This document shows positions 27,750 to 29,762 of a stretch of 29,762 bases of DNA, piece by piece. The position numbers and the translations under genes are program-made. The stretch lies in the NCBI GenBank assembly GCA_029259185.1, contig JAPDJF010000016.1, positions 1-29,762 on the forward strand, written 5' to 3'. Every line of letters starts with the position of its first letter. The stretch's first letter is position 1. The DNA comes from Hadesarchaea archaeon (GTDB taxonomy: Archaea > Hadarchaeota > Hadarchaeia > Hadarchaeales > WYZ-LMO6). A model generated the notes under the pieces. It was given only the letters and a program-made list of their open reading frames with translations. It ran no database searches and was not told the DNA's origin.

Positions 27750-28178
27750 ATGGCATATTTGCTAGTATTTCTGTTAGGGATCTTGTTAGGGGTAGTGCTT
27801 GGGTATTCGTTTTTGAAAAAGACTTTTTTGTCTAGATTCGAGCGGTGGAAGAAAGAGTTCCAAGAGGTTTTCAGACGAGAAATATTGGAGCGAAGCAGGT
27901 CGATTTTGAAGGGAAAAATAGGGGAGCAAATGGCTCCACTCCTCCCTATGTTCAAATACGAGCCTGCAGATGCTAGGTTCATAGGTTCTCCAGTAGACTA
28001 CATAGTCTTTGAGGGATATGCAGAGGGGAATCCCCGCTCTATCGTGATGGTTGAAGTCAAGACGGGAAAAGGTAAAACGTTAAGCTCGATTGAGCGGAGG
28101 ATAAAAGAATTGGTGGAGGATGGAAAAGTCAAGTGGGAGGTAGTTTATCTGGAGGAGATAGGAGCTGGAGAGAATTAG
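27750..28178 (+). CDS. Holliday junction resolvase-like endonuclease family protein with an N-terminal TM helix
   Basis: RSRSILKGKIGEQMAP, DARFIGSPVDYIVFEG and EVKTG (PD-(D/E)xK). Confidence 0.85.
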   Translation: MAYLLVFLLGILLGVVLGYSFLKKTFLSRFERWKKEFQEVFRREILERSRSILKGKIGEQMAPLLPMFKYEPADARFIGSPVDYIVFEGYAEGNPRSIVMVEVKTGKGKTLSSIERRIKELVEDGKVKWEVVYLEEIGAGEN

Positions 28179-28183
28179 ACAAT

Positions 28184-29119
28184 TTAGCGTTTTCTTGGTT
28201 TTAAGCCGAGGATCCGTCTGGCTTCATCTGGAGTTGCGATTTCCCTCCCTAGTTCTGTAGCTATTCGGACGATCTTGGCTACGAGCTCAGCGTTGCTTTT
28301 GGCTAAAACTCCTTTCTCCACATATATGTTGTCTTCCATCCCCACACGCACATGACCTCCTATCATTATGGCTAAGGCACCCATCTGCATTTCGAATTTG
28401 CCTGGGGCACAGACGGACCATGTCCAGCTCGGAGGGAGGTTGTTGACGCAGTAGAGCAGGGTCTCGGGTGTTGGTGACATGCAGGATAATCCCCCAAACA
28501 TGACGAATTGAACATGTAGTGGCTCCTTCAACTTCCCTTCTCGGGCGAGTGCTTTCGCCGTGTTGATATGTCCCGTGTCATAAATCTCTAACTCCGGTTT
28601 GACCCCATTCTTGTACATGTAACTCGCCCACAGTTCGATTCTGGACAGAGGGTTCGCGAAGATTTGACTTCTGAGCGCTTGGATTCCCATGTCTTCCCAG
28701 ATGTTTATAGATCCCATGTTAAGTGAACTCATCTCCTGTCCGAAGGTTGCTCGCTCTTCCATTACCTTGTCTATCATTTGCTCGTATTCTTCTTGTGTCA
28801 TCTTTTGTTCGATACCCAGCATTTCTGCGATCTCCTTGGAAAGTGGCCTCCCGCCTCCAGTCGTGATATTAATGATGATATCCGATGCTTCGCTCTCCCT
28901 TATCCGCTCGATGTACTCCGGAAATATTGAATTTGGATCCGGGTGGGGCAGGCCGGTGTTTGGATCTTTTGCATGCAGATGAACGATCGAAGCTCCTGCC
29001 TTCCTACATTTAACGACTTCTTCGACTATTTCGTCAATGGTGGAAGGGACGTATGGAGTGAGCATTTTAGAAACGAACTCTCCGCCAGTGGGGGCGACGG
29101 TTATGATGAGTTTCTCCAT
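28184..29119 (-). CDS. 3-keto-5-aminohexanoate cleavage enzyme family (Kce/BKACE, DUF849)
   Basis: IITVAPTG, HLHAKD, TTGG, SLNMGS, KPELEIYD and RVGMEDN. Substrate not assignable. Confidence 0.9.
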   Translation of the reverse strand: MEKLIITVAPTGGEFVSKMLTPYVPSTIDEIVEEVVKCRKAGASIVHLHAKDPNTGLPHPDPNSIFPEYIERIRESEASDIIINITTGGGRPLSKEIAEMLGIEQKMTQEEYEQMIDKVMEERATFGQEMSSLNMGSINIWEDMGIQALRSQIFANPLSRIELWASYMYKNGVKPELEIYDTGHINTAKALAREGKLKEPLHVQFVMFGGLSCMSPTPETLLYCVNNLPPSWTWSVCAPGKFEMQMGALAIMIGGHVRVGMEDNIYVEKGVLAKSNAELVAKIVRIATELGREIATPDEARRILGLKPRKR

Positions 29120-29213
29120 TCACCCAGACTTGAAGTTCCAGGTTAAATCTTTTCCCTCCCTAAACTCGCAAACCAAAAAAAAATTAATTCAAATTGAGGA
29201 GAAACTGAACAAA

Positions 29214-29762
29214 ATGGAGATCTTAGAAGAGGGGAAAGGAAAGCTTTTGGGATGGTGTGATCCAGAGGAACACAGAAAATGGGTTCGTGAAAACAAATCA
29301 ACAGTGTTAAGAGACAAGAGAGTGGATGTTAAGGAAGCAGTTTCTAGATTCATATCGGATGGGTGCTTTATCGCGTTTGGTGGGTTCGGGCACGTGAGGG
29401 TATCGATGGCGCTGATCTATGAGCTGATCAGGCAGGGAAGAAAAAATCTGAAGGTCGCTGGTAAAACAGCAGTGCACGATTTGGATTGTCTGATCGCCGG
29501 TGGATGTGTGAGTGAAGTGGAGGTAGCCTACTCCTTTGGACATGAACTCCGCGGGCTCTCTCCGGCTTCAAGGAGGGCAGTCGAGAGTAGAAGGGTCAAA
29601 GTAGTTGCAGAACTGAGCAATGCTGCGTACCAGTGGAGGTTCAAAGCCGCCGCCGCAGGCTTGCCGTTCATACCAGCTTATGTGATGTTGGGTACGGATA
29701 CCTTCAAGTACAGCTCTGCGAAGGCAGTTCGTGACCCGTTCACGGGGAGACCGATATGTTTA
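29214..29762 (+). CDS. CoA-transferase subunit A (glutaconate CoA-transferase-like), 5' part; runs off the right edge
   Basis: Manual translation from ATG 29214: MEILEEGKG...KEAVSRFISDGCFIAFGGFGHVRVSMALIYELIRQG...ELSNAAYQWRFKAAAAGLPFIP..MLGTD...DPFTG. Confidence 0.85.
   Translation, partial: MEILEEGKGKLLGWCDPEEHRKWVRENKSTVLRDKRVDVKEAVSRFISDGCFIAFGGFGHVRVSMALIYELIRQGRKNLKVAGKTAVHDLDCLIAGGCVSEVEVAYSFGHELRGLSPASRRAVESRRVKVVAELSNAAYQWRFKAAAAGLPFIPAYVMLGTDTFKYSSAKAVRDPFTGRPICL

Overview
Chromosomal window from an anaerobic archaeon; the lineage cannot be fixed from sequence alone (Hadarchaeota/euryarchaeal-like by gene content). The left half is an ether/tetraether-lipid neighbourhood: partial tes, a radical SAM/SPASM gene that is a Gms candidate, geranylgeranyl reductase, GGGP synthase and egsA. 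A complete rnfCDGEAB operon sits inside it, together with an unusual Wzx/MOP-type transporter-ApbE (flavin transferase) fusion. The middle holds hflX, a surface transglutaminase-like protein, trpB2 and a complete F420 cluster (cofC, cofG, cofH, cofD, an embedded HAD phosphatase, two divergent cofE paralogues), then a degenerate RAD55/KaiC-like ATPase. The right part has a decayed ISA1214-like IS (17-bp TIRs, DUF2080 ORF), a tRNA-Val(TAC) with a 16-nt non-canonical D-arm intron in a perfect BHB motif, and a small islet with two Trp-rich repeat surface proteins. It ends with DJ-1/PfpI, a Holliday-junction-resolvase-like protein, a Kce-family enzyme and a partial CoA-transferase.
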